Virus record (IMG/VR): IMGVR_UViG_3300032240_003128
DNA length: 64,000 nt
DNA from: a virus
Direction: 5' to 3' (one strand)
Under the pieces are notes generated by a model. That model searched no databases. It saw nothing but the letters and a program-made list of their open reading frames with translations, and was not told the DNA's origin. Numbering within the stretch: position 1 is the first letter of the stretch; each line of letters starts with the position of its first letter. Positions 25,627 through 35,410 of this stretch are shown one piece after another. The position numbers and the translations under genes are program-made.

Positions 25627-28098
25627 ATGAACAGCATATCTGTCGAATCTTTTAACAAAATTATTAATAATCAGTTTAAGAAATTTCCTTTTCAGGATGA
25701 TCCACGATATCAATTCAGACTTAGATACGAATTATTAGAAATAGAAACTCAGAATTGTTGCGATTATTTTATCGAATTAGTCAGACAAAGGAAAAAATTC
25801 CCCAATGAGAACAATTTGTTAGTTCCTGTTCTGCTTGGCATTTGTAATGAGTACAATATTGAAGAAATGCCAAAAACCAAGACAAATGAGTTTCCTGATG
25901 TTGACGTTGATTTTTTAGCAGATGTTAGAGATTATTTAAAGAATGAGTTTACGCCTAGCCAATATAAAGCAGAAAATACTTGTTCTATTGGAACTTATGG
26001 TAGATATGCTTTGAAGAGTGCCATGATCGATATGGCACGAATTTATGGATACGACCGACAAGAAGTTTTAAACATTACAACAAACTTAAGAATGAAAGAT
26101 GAAGATGGAGATGAATTGACATACGAAGAAGCTCTTGAAATGTATCCTGAATTGAAATCTTATATGGACAAATATCCAGAATTAGCATTGGCTGTACAAA
26201 AACTTCTTCACAGAGTGCGCAATACTGGTAAGCATGCTGGCGGTGTAATTGTTGCCAAAGATGAGATCAACAAGTTTGTTCCTTTGATGAAAACGACTGG
26301 TGGCGATCAATTAGTTTCTCAGTTTGTTGAAGGTCTAGCAACACAAGAATTAGGACCAATTGGTCTTGTGAAATTCGATTTGCTTGTTGTTTCTGCTTTG
26401 GAACAGGCAGGTCATGCTGCCAAGATGATAAAAGATCGGCATGGCATCAAAGTGATTTGCGGGACCAATCATGATTGGGACAAAACTGATTATCTTAACG
26501 ATGATAAAGCCATATCTTATGCTAATGAAGCAGATTTAATAGGAATATTTCAATATGACAGTAATGGAATTAGAGAAGTTGTAAAGGCTTCTGGTATTAA
26601 CAGTTTTGACGATTTAGTTGCGATTGTATCTTTGTACCGTCCCGGTCCATTGAATGCTGAGATGGATCAGGTATTTATTAAAAGAAAAACTGGACAAGAA
26701 GAATATGTTATTCATCCTGTACTTGATCCTATTCTCAAATCAACTTATGGTGTTCTTGTTTATCAAGAGCAAGTAATGAGACTGCTTAATGTTGTGGGTA
26801 AGATTCCATTGAAAGATTGTGAAGCAATTAGAAAAGCCATTTCTAAGAAAAAGGTGTCTACATTTGTAAAATATAAAGAACAATTTATTGAAAATGGAAT
26901 GAGCGTTCTTGGAACAATTAGAGAAGAAGTCACAGAGATATGGAAAAACCTCGAATTTTTCAGTGCCTATGGTTTCAATCGCAGTCATGCAGTAAGTTAT
27001 ACCTTTATTTCAAGCCGTCAACTATATTTGAAAGCTTATTATCCTTTGGAATTTTTTACTGCTCTGTTGATGTTGGAGGCTAATGAAGAAAAGAAGCGCA
27101 TTTATATTACAGATGCACAGAATCATGGAATTGAAGTTAGAGTCGTTGATTTGAATAAGAGCAAGGCTAATTTCTCAATACACGATAATGCTATTTATAT
27201 TGGATTCGGTAATATTAAAGGCATAGGAATGGATACTGCTAATAAGATTGTGGCGTTACAACCATTTAAAGATGTGGACGATTTTCTTCGTAGGTTTGGT
27301 ACTGATTCAAGCGTATTGAAAGCTTTGATTCCGTTGAAGGTGTTTGGAGAAGACATAAAGAAAGCTTATAATTATTGGCAATCTTTTATGTCGAAAAATA
27401 AGAAAGTTATAGACAAGAACAAGAGATCTAACAAGTCTTATCTTGAGCTTAAGAAAACTGTGCTTTCTTTGTTGCCTGAAAAATATTGGAATCTAGATTT
27501 ATCTGAAGAGCTTTTTACCATTCTTAAGTCAATCCATGATTCTGCGGATGTTAACAAGTTATATAAAAAGTGGATAAGGATAAATTCGAAAGAAGAGGCA
27601 AAGATTGAAATTTCTTATGAAGATTTTGATGATGATGACATGGTGATTGAAGACAAAGAAGTATTGCTTGAACTAAACGATATTTGTGTTGCTGAGAGAA
27701 AGCATTATGGTTTTCAGTTTACTTGTAGGCTGAAAATGATGAAGATGTATAATGACAATTGTACGTTTGATCGAGTCATTAGCTCGCATGCTATGGGTGC
27801 TACCAAGCATATGGTTCAAGTTGAAGTCTTGGATGTAAATAAAAGATATTCAAAATCTGGTAAACCTTATTGTCAATTGGTAGCCATGGATAGTAATTTT
27901 AGAGTTGAAAGAATTAATGTTTGGGAAGATGACTATTCTGTATTCAAGCATTTGTTAGAGGTTAATAAGTGTTTGTCTATGCAAGTCAAACCACCTTCTA
28001 ATGGGTTTTCTACTTATAGTTTGAATTCTCCACCTAAGCATAGAAGACACTTACTGCCATCGTCAGAAATGGATTTTAGAATTGTTTTGATAGACTAG
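25627..28098 (+). CDS. dnaE: DNA polymerase III alpha subunit, catalytic part (palm, fingers, HhH, OB)
   Basis: FPDVDVDF, GKHAGGVIV, LVKFDLL, GIFQY, LYRPGPL, TYGVLVYQEQVM, YGFNRSHAVSY, IKGIG. Confidence 0.92.
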   Translation: MNSISVESFNKIINNQFKKFPFQDDPRYQFRLRYELLEIETQNCCDYFIELVRQRKKFPNENNLLVPVLLGICNEYNIEEMPKTKTNEFPDVDVDFLADVRDYLKNEFTPSQYKAENTCSIGTYGRYALKSAMIDMARIYGYDRQEVLNITTNLRMKDEDGDELTYEEALEMYPELKSYMDKYPELALAVQKLLHRVRNTGKHAGGVIVAKDEINKFVPLMKTTGGDQLVSQFVEGLATQELGPIGLVKFDLLVVSALEQAGHAAKMIKDRHGIKVICGTNHDWDKTDYLNDDKAISYANEADLIGIFQYDSNGIREVVKASGINSFDDLVAIVSLYRPGPLNAEMDQVFIKRKTGQEEYVIHPVLDPILKSTYGVLVYQEQVMRLLNVVGKIPLKDCEAIRKAISKKKVSTFVKYKEQFIENGMSVLGTIREEVTEIWKNLEFFSAYGFNRSHAVSYTFISSRQLYLKAYYPLEFFTALLMLEANEEKKRIYITDAQNHGIEVRVVDLNKSKANFSIHDNAIYIGFGNIKGIGMDTANKIVALQPFKDVDDFLRRFGTDSSVLKALIPLKVFGEDIKKAYNYWQSFMSKNKKVIDKNKRSNKSYLELKKTVLSLLPEKYWNLDLSEELFTILKSIHDSADVNKLYKKWIRINSKEEAKIEISYEDFDDDDMVIEDKEVLLELNDICVAERKHYGFQFTCRLKMMKMYNDNCTFDRVISSHAMGATKHMVQVEVLDVNKRYSKSGKPYCQLVAMDSNFRVERINVWEDDYSVFKHLLEVNKCLSMQVKPPSNGFSTYSLNSPPKHRRHLLPSSEMDFRIVLID

Positions 28099-28116
28099 TT
28101 TATTTTCATATAACAA

Positions 28117-28659
28117 ATGGCTGAAGAAGAAATAATCCGTATTCTGTTACCGTACAAAGAAATCACTAATGGTTTTAGTGTAGCTTTGTCGAAAAGAAAT
28201 AATTTTTTTGTTACTGAACAATTTTACAATTGTAGAGAAATTTTTCATGAAGATTTTCCTACAACTGACAATTTGATTATTTGTGTGCCAGCTTACAAAA
28301 AAAACAGAATAATAAATTTTTTTAAGTTCGTTGAAAACAAATTGAAAATTGACAAAAAATCACAAGTTTTCATCACTCAGAGAAAAAATATTTTCTTCAT
28401 AAAACTAAGTGTTTTCTGGCAATCAAAAATAAAATTTAATTTATTGACTTTGCTAATAAGATCAGGATTAAAAATAGCAAAATTTTTATCTTTAAAGTTA
28501 ATTCTTGAAAAATCTTTTTATTTGAAGAAAACAACGAATGCTTTTAATCTTTTCTTTTCCGGCAATACTAGATATTATGGTAAAAAAAATTCTTGGTACA
28601 AAGAATTTAAAAATAAAGGCATGGAAGAGTGCAAAGTACTGCTAAAAAAGAGGTTTTGA
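28117..28659 (+). CDS. Hypothetical protein
   Basis: 180-aa ORF. Confidence 0.55.
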   Translation: MAEEEIIRILLPYKEITNGFSVALSKRNNFFVTEQFYNCREIFHEDFPTTDNLIICVPAYKKNRIINFFKFVENKLKIDKKSQVFITQRKNIFFIKLSVFWQSKIKFNLLTLLIRSGLKIAKFLSLKLILEKSFYLKKTTNAFNLFFSGNTRYYGKKNSWYKEFKNKGMEECKVLLKKRF

Positions 28660-28684
28660 ATCATATATATGAATGGAGGTTGGT

Positions 28685-29419
28685 ATGTCTGAAATTTCTG
28701 AATGGGAAAAACAAAAAAAGTTTATAAAAGATCTTTGTGATACTTGGGAAAATTCCAAGAAAAAGAAGACTGTGAGCGCAAACAAAGTTGTTGAAAACAA
28801 GGCATATTGCACTCTTAAAGAATCTTTTAATTATACAAGTTCAACCTACAAGGATGACTGGGATAGAATATTTAATCATACATCAAAATTCTTTACTGAA
28901 GATGGAGATGGCAGTCTTCTTAATGAAGCTGCTAGGAAATCAGTTAAAAAAAAAGTAAGTAAGAAAAAAAAGACTTCTTCAGCTAAAAAGGCTGTTATGA
29001 AGGAAAACAAACCTAATAAAAAGCCTTATGATTTGCTTAATCCTGATTCTTTCAAATATGTTGATTTAAAATCAAGTCTCGAAGAACCATATTCGAATGA
29101 CACTGATTTGAATTCTAAAGTTAAGAAGTTAGCCAATTTGCCTAATAGGGTTAATTCTTACACTTATGGTAGAGACGGTTCTGATAAGAGCGGTAAAACT
29201 AAGGTTGCTGCTGGTTGGACAGAAGATCCCAACATGCGCAAATTAGAAGATCTTAAAAAGAAGCTTTACGATCTTGAATGCAAAATGAGCAAGCCAGATG
29301 GTCTTGATGAAATAAAAGCAAAAAAAATGCAGAAGCAGTTTACTAAGTTAAATAATGACATCGCTGATTTAAGCGATAAGTTTACCGGTGACTACAAGAC
29401 TAATCATTACTATGGCTGA
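28685..29419 (+). CDS. Lys-rich hypothetical protein
   Basis: GGAGG Shine-Dalgarno; basic KKKVSKKKK segment; C-terminal coiled coil. Confidence 0.65.
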   Translation: MSEISEWEKQKKFIKDLCDTWENSKKKKTVSANKVVENKAYCTLKESFNYTSSTYKDDWDRIFNHTSKFFTEDGDGSLLNEAARKSVKKKVSKKKKTSSAKKAVMKENKPNKKPYDLLNPDSFKYVDLKSSLEEPYSNDTDLNSKVKKLANLPNRVNSYTYGRDGSDKSGKTKVAAGWTEDPNMRKLEDLKKKLYDLECKMSKPDGLDEIKAKKMQKQFTKLNNDIADLSDKFTGDYKTNHYYG

Positions 29420-29612
29420 TGTACCAAAAAATTTCATGATCAGATGCCTTAAGTGCCGGTGGGCAGAAACGTCCACTGGCATTTCTGATGACTTAAAACA
29501 TCTTACAGAGATACCTAGAACGTGTATGAATTGTGGAACACCTCGTCAGTTTAAATGCCCTAAATGTGGTCGTCCGGCTAAGATGATGCGGATTAAAAAA
29601 AGTGCATCTTAA
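29412..29612 (+). CDS. Zinc-ribbon protein
   Basis: CLKC, CMNC, CPKC. Confidence 0.65.
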   Translation: MADVPKNFMIRCLKCRWAETSTGISDDLKHLTEIPRTCMNCGTPRQFKCPKCGRPAKMMRIKKSAS

Positions 29613-30741
29613 ATTCATAAAACAAGACAATCAGCGTAAAATTTATTTTAATGAGTTGTGTTTTAACAAACATGTCTTCAAAGAAGAAGTTAATTTTAGC
29701 AAAAAAATGTTTTTTTTGTCGTTTGGTGAATTTGGATGTGAAACAATTTTGCCGACCTTTCTTTTGCCAAGGATGAATAATAATTTTCAAGAATACAGAA
29801 AAATTGTTATTGGTTGGAAAGATAGAGAATACTTCTATCGGGATATATGTGATGAGTATTGGGAATTAGATTCAAAATACATGATGCTTAAGAATAATTC
29901 ATATGCTTTTGAAAACACTTCTGTTGAGATAGCAAGTTTGAACAAAAGATTAATTCCTTTGGGAGTTGTAATTAACGGAACAAAGATAGGAAAACTTTGC
30001 GTAAAAGCCAAATGTAAAAAATGTTTTTTTGAATTTGAAGTTGATCGTGGTGATGTTTATTGCGCTAAATGTTATTCAGACAATATTGAAAAATCATTGT
30101 TTCAAGGTTCAAGGGAATACAGAAAATATAGCAATGTTTTACCACAAATAAACAAAAAATATATAGATTTTGCTCAAGATTATATACCAGAAAACACTGT
30201 CGCTTTATTTGCAAGAAATAGAAAAACATATAAAAGAAATTTGACAACAGAACATTATGATAAAATTATTGATATGATAATATCTTTAGGATACAATGTT
30301 GTATTGCTGGGTGAAAGCGTTTCTTCTCATTCGTTAAAAAATGAAAAAATAATCAATTTTATGAATCATGAGTTGGCAGGTAATTTAGAAGCGGCTTTTG
30401 CGATAGTTAATAAATGTGTTTTTTCTTTACAGTATTTTACGGCATCCAGTCGTATTAGTAGTCTGCTGAATAAACCTTTTGTTTTGTTTGAATCAGCAGA
30501 TCAAGTATATGGCAGAGGTCAAGAAGGAATTAGATTGTCTTTGATGACTAAAGATTACAATAATAAAAAAATTGTTTTGGCTAATTATGTTGATGTAGCA
30601 GAAAACACGGATGATGCAGTGGCAACAACAAAGCAGGCTATTCACGAATTACTGATAGACAAAAATTCTAATGATATGTTTTTTAGACCTAATGATTATG
30701 TACATTCTTTGCAAGAAAGTGGCATGAAAAGACTATGGTAA
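29602..30741 (+). CDS. Putative GT-B glycosyltransferase, GT9 (heptosyltransferase)-like
   Basis: KRNL..EHY..II......GYNVVLLG...L...FAIV..C.F...SSLLNKP follows the layout of the GT9 C-domain; Zn-ribbon insert. Confidence 0.5.
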   Translation: MHLKFIKQDNQRKIYFNELCFNKHVFKEEVNFSKKMFFLSFGEFGCETILPTFLLPRMNNNFQEYRKIVIGWKDREYFYRDICDEYWELDSKYMMLKNNSYAFENTSVEIASLNKRLIPLGVVINGTKIGKLCVKAKCKKCFFEFEVDRGDVYCAKCYSDNIEKSLFQGSREYRKYSNVLPQINKKYIDFAQDYIPENTVALFARNRKTYKRNLTTEHYDKIIDMIISLGYNVVLLGESVSSHSLKNEKIINFMNHELAGNLEAAFAIVNKCVFSLQYFTASSRISSLLNKPFVLFESADQVYGRGQEGIRLSLMTKDYNNKKIVLANYVDVAENTDDAVATTKQAIHELLIDKNSNDMFFRPNDYVHSLQESGMKRLW

Positions 30742-31877
30742 CTCAGATTGATATAGCAGAAATTCTTCAGTCAGCTGCTGTCAGAGGGGATTTTCAAAGA
30801 GAAAAATTCGACTCTAAAAAAATTCCTGATAATATGCAGAAGATTTTTGTAATCCCTTTATTTGGTGATATTAGCCATATTCTAGTTTTTGCTAATTACA
30901 TTTTCCCTACTATAAGAAACGATATCAACCTTAAAGACAAATATTTGATTATTGTCACTTGGAAAGGATTCTCAAAATTTTTCCCCGAAGCAGACGAAAT
31001 ATGGTCTATTAAAAGCACTGATCATGTTGACAGATTTTATGAAAAGAGCGAAGGTTTTTTAAACAAATCTGAAAACTTAAATATAATTTATCGTAGTTTG
31101 AATGAATATTTTAGAAACGTCATTGATCCTGCTAAATTCTCAAATCAATTTCATTTCAAATTCCAGACAAACAATATTAAGAACAAAAATGTTGAAATAA
31201 TTAAAAATAAATTACCAAATCTTAATTATTTGAATCAAAACATTTTGACAAAAATTAACAATTTAGGCGAAAGCAAAGCATTTATAATACCTTTTAAGTT
31301 CTTACGCCAGTGGAATTTAGGAAAAGCAAATAATTATAAATTGTCTTCAGCTTTTTATGTAAACGCAATTGACGCTTTGATTAAAAAGAATGTCAAGTGT
31401 ATTGTATTGAAGAATTATTTAACATTTGATATATCTGAAAATTTTGTTAACAATGATAATGTTTTATTTGTTCAGGAAGATGATTGGTTTATGGTTATGT
31501 CTTATATGCTTGCTGCTAAGATGTATGTTGATTTATTTGTAGGACTGAATTGTTTAGCCATTTATTGTGGATGTCCAAGTATTTCTATTACAGAAAGAAA
31601 CATGTACATTGCTTCGGGCTATAAAGATATAGAAATTTGCATGAATGATCAGGTTTCTGACCATAAACTCTTTTCATTTTTTGAGTTAAATTATAATCTT
31701 ATTGATAAAAAATTATTTTTCATAGATAAGTTAGTTCATCAAATTGGTGAATTGGGTTATAGTGTATCTCCAGCAAGTTTAAGATACAATATAGATCTCA
31801 ATCTAAAAGTTACTGAGAAAGTGAAAAAGTTACAACCCAAATTTATCGGTTTGAATAAAAAAGTGATTGGGGAATAA
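30735..31877 (+). CDS. Putative divergent GT9-like glycosyltransferase
   Basis: LFGDI near the N-terminus; MLAAKMYVD..VGLNCLAIYCGCPSI; looks paralogous to the upstream gene. Confidence 0.4.
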   Translation: MVTQIDIAEILQSAAVRGDFQREKFDSKKIPDNMQKIFVIPLFGDISHILVFANYIFPTIRNDINLKDKYLIIVTWKGFSKFFPEADEIWSIKSTDHVDRFYEKSEGFLNKSENLNIIYRSLNEYFRNVIDPAKFSNQFHFKFQTNNIKNKNVEIIKNKLPNLNYLNQNILTKINNLGESKAFIIPFKFLRQWNLGKANNYKLSSAFYVNAIDALIKKNVKCIVLKNYLTFDISENFVNNDNVLFVQEDDWFMVMSYMLAAKMYVDLFVGLNCLAIYCGCPSISITERNMYIASGYKDIEICMNDQVSDHKLFSFFELNYNLIDKKLFFIDKLVHQIGELGYSVSPASLRYNIDLNLKVTEKVKKLQPKFIGLNKKVIGE

Positions 31878-31878
31878 A

Positions 31879-32154
31879 ATGTCACGCAAAGCAAATGTTC
31901 GTGTTGTTTCGAGAGACAATGGTTATGACGACAACAGAGAAAAGTCATTCAAGTCTTTATTGAGTGCTTTTCGTCAAGCTGTCAACAAGGCTGGAATTTT
32001 AAGAGAATACCGACTTCGTGCAACATATGAAAGTCCTGCTCAAAAGAGAAGGCGTAAAGCTAGGGAAAAGGAAGTAACGATTCTGAAAAATCAGATGCGT
32101 GAAAGTTTCCCTGTAAAGAAGAAGGAGAAACCATGTCCGAAAAACAAAAAGTAA
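31879..32154 (+). CDS. rpsU: Ribosomal protein bS21
   Basis: SFKSLLSAFRQAVNKAGILREYRLRATYESPAQKRRRK matches the bS21 pattern. Confidence 0.8.
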   Translation: MSRKANVRVVSRDNGYDDNREKSFKSLLSAFRQAVNKAGILREYRLRATYESPAQKRRRKAREKEVTILKNQMRESFPVKKKEKPCPKNKK

Positions 32155-32450
32155 TTACTTTTGGTATTCCAGAGTCTTTGTACAAAAAGATGAATAGTTC
32201 TGCTATAGCCAAAGACCAAAAAATTTCTGACTATATGAAAAAATTTGTTAGTGATTATTTTACTGACGATGCAACGGTTTCAAGAATTGTTTTGGATGTA
32301 CCAAGAGATAAACGTAACGACAAAGCTTATTTGGCTGCTTGGTTTAAACAAAAGTCTGATTATTTGGTTGAGTATTTTTACAATCAGTACAATGATGAGC
32401 AAGTTCCAAGTATTACTCCATCAGCTTATTGGCATGAGGGTCATGAATAA
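32133..32450 (+). CDS. Possible ribbon-helix-helix DNA-binding protein
   Basis: KVITFGIPESLYKKM...ISDYMKKFV. Confidence 0.5.
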   Translation: MSEKQKVITFGIPESLYKKMNSSAIAKDQKISDYMKKFVSDYFTDDATVSRIVLDVPRDKRNDKAYLAAWFKQKSDYLVEYFYNQYNDEQVPSITPSAYWHEGHE

Positions 32451-32704
32451 TGCCACTTAGTCTGGCTCAGGTTTATGATATATGTCTTGCAACTGATCCA
32501 GATGGTAAATGTTGCCGTTATCTTTCTCAAGACAGCAATGGAAATGATTACCATTGTTTAAAAAAATCTCAATTTAAAAAAGAAATTGACGAAGAAGTTG
32601 ACAATGGCATTGTAAAAGGTTTACGAGCCCCAAAGGGCGATAATTGCAAAGGTTATCCAGTATTTATTCATTTGACAGTTGGATATGACACAAAAAGCAC
32701 TTGA
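32450..32704 (+). CDS. Cys-containing hypothetical protein
   Basis: CCRYL, HCLK, GDNCKG. Confidence 0.6.
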   Translation: MPLSLAQVYDICLATDPDGKCCRYLSQDSNGNDYHCLKKSQFKKEIDEEVDNGIVKGLRAPKGDNCKGYPVFIHLTVGYDTKST

Positions 32705-32769
32705 CTTTTATGGGTGTTCCTTGTTAAAATTAAGAAGTCTATTCATAAACGGATTTATGAGGGTTTAGC

Positions 32770-33183
32770 ATGATGCACCGTCTTAGTGATGCGCTTGTTA
32801 TTGATTTGCAAGATGGACAAAACCTTGAATTTTATTCTCAAGGCGATTATGTAAAGGGTATTTTTTATAAAGTGTTTGAAAATCTGAATGATAAAAACGG
32901 TGTGTCTTTAAAAGGAAAAATTGATTTTAAGCCATCATACTTAGACATTATTGAAAAATGTAATATTGAAAACTCTATGAACATGATTTATAAGATTTTA
33001 AACAAACATATTGCGTCTCAAGATTTCACTTATTTTAAAGATGATGATGAAACTTCACTGCCTAGAGACGTAATGAAGATATTAGAATTTATGAATCATT
33101 TGCATAAGGTAAAAGTTCCCAAACGATTTGTTGCCGGATTTTTAATGCTTATGGTTAAATTTACATATTTTACAGCAACATGA
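32770..33183 (+). CDS. Hypothetical protein
   Basis: TTGACT...TGTTAAAAT promoter and GAGG upstream. Confidence 0.6.
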   Translation: MMHRLSDALVIDLQDGQNLEFYSQGDYVKGIFYKVFENLNDKNGVSLKGKIDFKPSYLDIIEKCNIENSMNMIYKILNKHIASQDFTYFKDDDETSLPRDVMKILEFMNHLHKVKVPKRFVAGFLMLMVKFTYFTAT

Positions 33184-33521
33184 ATACATTCGAACATTAT
33201 AATCTTTTATGGTTAAATTGTGAGTTTTTTAACAAAAAACCAGCAAAAGAACATTTTTTTCTTTACAAATATTTTAAAAATAAAATTCAAAAATTAATAA
33301 TGGAATATTTTTACGTCATGGGAGAAGAAAATATTTATCTTTTCCAAGATCACACAGGCTATAAAGTTTCTCCATCTTTTTTATATAAACAATATTTTAA
33401 ATTTAAGAGTTTGATTAGCATATATAATAAAGCGAAGATTGACTTTGATTTTGATACCTTGCGTAATTTAGATCAGGGAAAAATCAAAATTAAAGATTTA
33501 GGAGTAAAAAATGCTGATTAA
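33180..33521 (+). CDS. Hypothetical protein
   Basis: Coupled ORF. Confidence 0.5.
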   Translation: MNTFEHYNLLWLNCEFFNKKPAKEHFFLYKYFKNKIQKLIMEYFYVMGEENIYLFQDHTGYKVSPSFLYKQYFKFKSLISIYNKAKIDFDFDTLRNLDQGKIKIKDLGVKNAD

Positions 33522-33744
33522 ATATGCTGATTGGCGCAATATGAATGAATCATCACCTATGACCCGTCAAAGATTGGGTTGGGGTAGAATGGGTACTTAT
33601 CCACTTAGAGCTGATTTCATGTCTCATAGCACCCCACCTCCTGACATTATGAACAAAATGATTGATATTTTTGGAACAACTGACGGAGAACATAAACCAA
33701 AACATAAACCAAAGCATAAGAAACGCAGGAAGAAACATGGTTAA
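33511..33744 (+). CDS. Small protein with tag-like start and basic tail
   Basis: AGGAG Shine-Dalgarno; MLIKYADWRNMNE...KPKHKPKHKKRRKKHG. Confidence 0.6.
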   Translation: MLIKYADWRNMNESSPMTRQRLGWGRMGTYPLRADFMSHSTPPPDIMNKMIDIFGTTDGEHKPKHKPKHKKRRKKHG

Positions 33745-34507
33745 TTGTAGGTATTTATCCAATTCGTTGACATCAACAAATTGTGGTTGCAACACCACGA
33801 TTGCAGAAATGCCAATCTATGTTGTAAAGCAACATAGTACTTACCCACCTTTTAAAGTTGATGTCACAGATTGCAATGGAGAACCATACGATCTTAAAGA
33901 TCTTGTCGTTGAAGCGGCAATGTGGACAAATGCAAGATTGAAGACAGCAATAACAATTACAGATAATTTGATTAGATTTGCAGACAATGTGGGTTATGAC
34001 AGTGTTGGTACAAGTTCTATTCTTCATGTTTCAAATGGTAGAGATTTTGAAAGAATGACAATTGTTGGTTTTGATGATGTTAATAAAGTCATTCAAGTAA
34101 ATCGTGGAGCTTGTGATACAACTATTAGACCTTGGACTAAAGGAACTACTGTAAAAATATTAAGATTTTTCAATTCTCCTGCTTCATCTGAATTGACTTA
34201 CCACAACAGAGAGAATGTAGATGGCACTGTGACTCAAAATGTTTTGCAAAGAAGTACACTAATTTATGAATGGAAACCTGAAGACGTGTGCTTCATAGGA
34301 AAATATTATTTTGAGTTCAAAGTTTTGAAAATGGCTATTTTGAATAACTTGAATGCTTTTGATATTTCTACCATTAGCATCACGCCAATTAGCGAGATAA
34401 ATTATCATTGCGAATTAGGTCTTGGTGTTGAATGGGCAAGAAGATTCCCCAATGACAAAGAAGGGTTTGTAATAGAAGTTACTAGTAGTCCAACAGCGGA
34501 GTGTTAA
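33737..34507 (+). CDS. Putative virion structural protein (BppU-like baseplate domain)
   Basis: VKQHSTYPPFKV...PYDL...YEW...D....GKYYFEFKV...FP pattern. Confidence 0.5.
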   Translation: MVNCRYLSNSLTSTNCGCNTTIAEMPIYVVKQHSTYPPFKVDVTDCNGEPYDLKDLVVEAAMWTNARLKTAITITDNLIRFADNVGYDSVGTSSILHVSNGRDFERMTIVGFDDVNKVIQVNRGACDTTIRPWTKGTTVKILRFFNSPASSELTYHNRENVDGTVTQNVLQRSTLIYEWKPEDVCFIGKYYFEFKVLKMAILNNLNAFDISTISITPISEINYHCELGLGVEWARRFPNDKEGFVIEVTSSPTAEC

Positions 34508-34509
34508 TT

Positions 34510-35043
34510 TTGGTAGACATTAATCGTTTGCGTGTTAATTTTCAGATTCGTATTCCACAAGTAAGAGTAATGCAAAATGGAGAACAGTTAGGCATTATGC
34601 CTACTGAAAAAGCCAGAAATTTAGCCTACGATCAAGGTCTAGATTTGGTTGAAATGGTTCCTAATGCCAATCCACCAGTTTGCCATATTTTAGATTATTC
34701 TAAATATAAATACGAACAAAAAGTCAAGCATAAAGATCATATGAAAAAGCAGCGAGAAATGGTCCAAGCTGTTAAGGAAATAAGATTATCTCCTGCAATT
34801 GGACAACATGATCTTGACATAAAAATCAAACATATTATTGAATTTTTAAATGAAGAGAAAAAAGTACAAATTTACATGAAATTTAGATCAAGGGAAATGC
34901 AACACAAGGATGTTGGTTTTGAAAAAATTAATCAAATCTTAGAGAAATGTAAAGAATCAGCCAATGTGGAATTATATCCTAAATTTGAAGGATCAAAATT
35001 AATTTGTCGTTTGGCTCCGCAAAAAACAAAAGTTTCAAACTAA
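34510..35043 (+). CDS. infC: Translation initiation factor IF-3 (non-AUG start)
   Basis: RVN.QIR..QVRV, GLDLVE, PPVC.ILDYSKYKYE, VKEIRL, HDLDIK, FRSRE. Confidence 0.93.
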   Translation: MVDINRLRVNFQIRIPQVRVMQNGEQLGIMPTEKARNLAYDQGLDLVEMVPNANPPVCHILDYSKYKYEQKVKHKDHMKKQREMVQAVKEIRLSPAIGQHDLDIKIKHIIEFLNEEKKVQIYMKFRSREMQHKDVGFEKINQILEKCKESANVELYPKFEGSKLICRLAPQKTKVSN

Positions 35044-35095
35044 TTTAAATTACATTGTGTTTCGCTGACAATGCTTTATAAAAGAGGATTAAAAA

Positions 35096-35410
35096 ATGAG
35101 TGAGACGGGTAAGGTTGTTGATTGCAAACCTTGTGGTAATCAAGTTTTGATTGAGCTTTTGACTACTCAGGAAATGGCTAATACTAAGCTTATTCTTAAT
35201 AACACCAATAAGAAGCTTGGTGCAGAATATCAAGCTATTGTTCTTGCTGTTGGACCTCAAGTAAATTTTGAATCATTTGGATTCAAAATTGGCAACCGAG
35301 TTGTTATTTCAGGTAATGCGGTTCCTGCGCCTGAATATGGTCCAGAAACTGAGCGAGAAAAGGTTCTTGTCGATCCTACAGCCATTAAAGCTGTACTGGT
35401 TTGTAAGTAA
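35096..35410 (+). CDS. groES: GroES-like co-chaperonin
   Basis: KPCGNQVLIE, VLAVGP, KIGNRVV, IKAVL. Confidence 0.75.
   Translation: MSETGKVVDCKPCGNQVLIELLTTQEMANTKLILNNTNKKLGAEYQAIVLAVGPQVNFESFGFKIGNRVVISGNAVPAPEYGPETEREKVLVDPTAIKAVLVCK

Noticed and set aside
23280-25700. Split intein or read-through joining the dnaE halves
   Set aside because: No Cys/Ser-initiated Hint block at the end of part 1, no HN/GN-C/S/T in the start of part 2, and two antisense genes intervene
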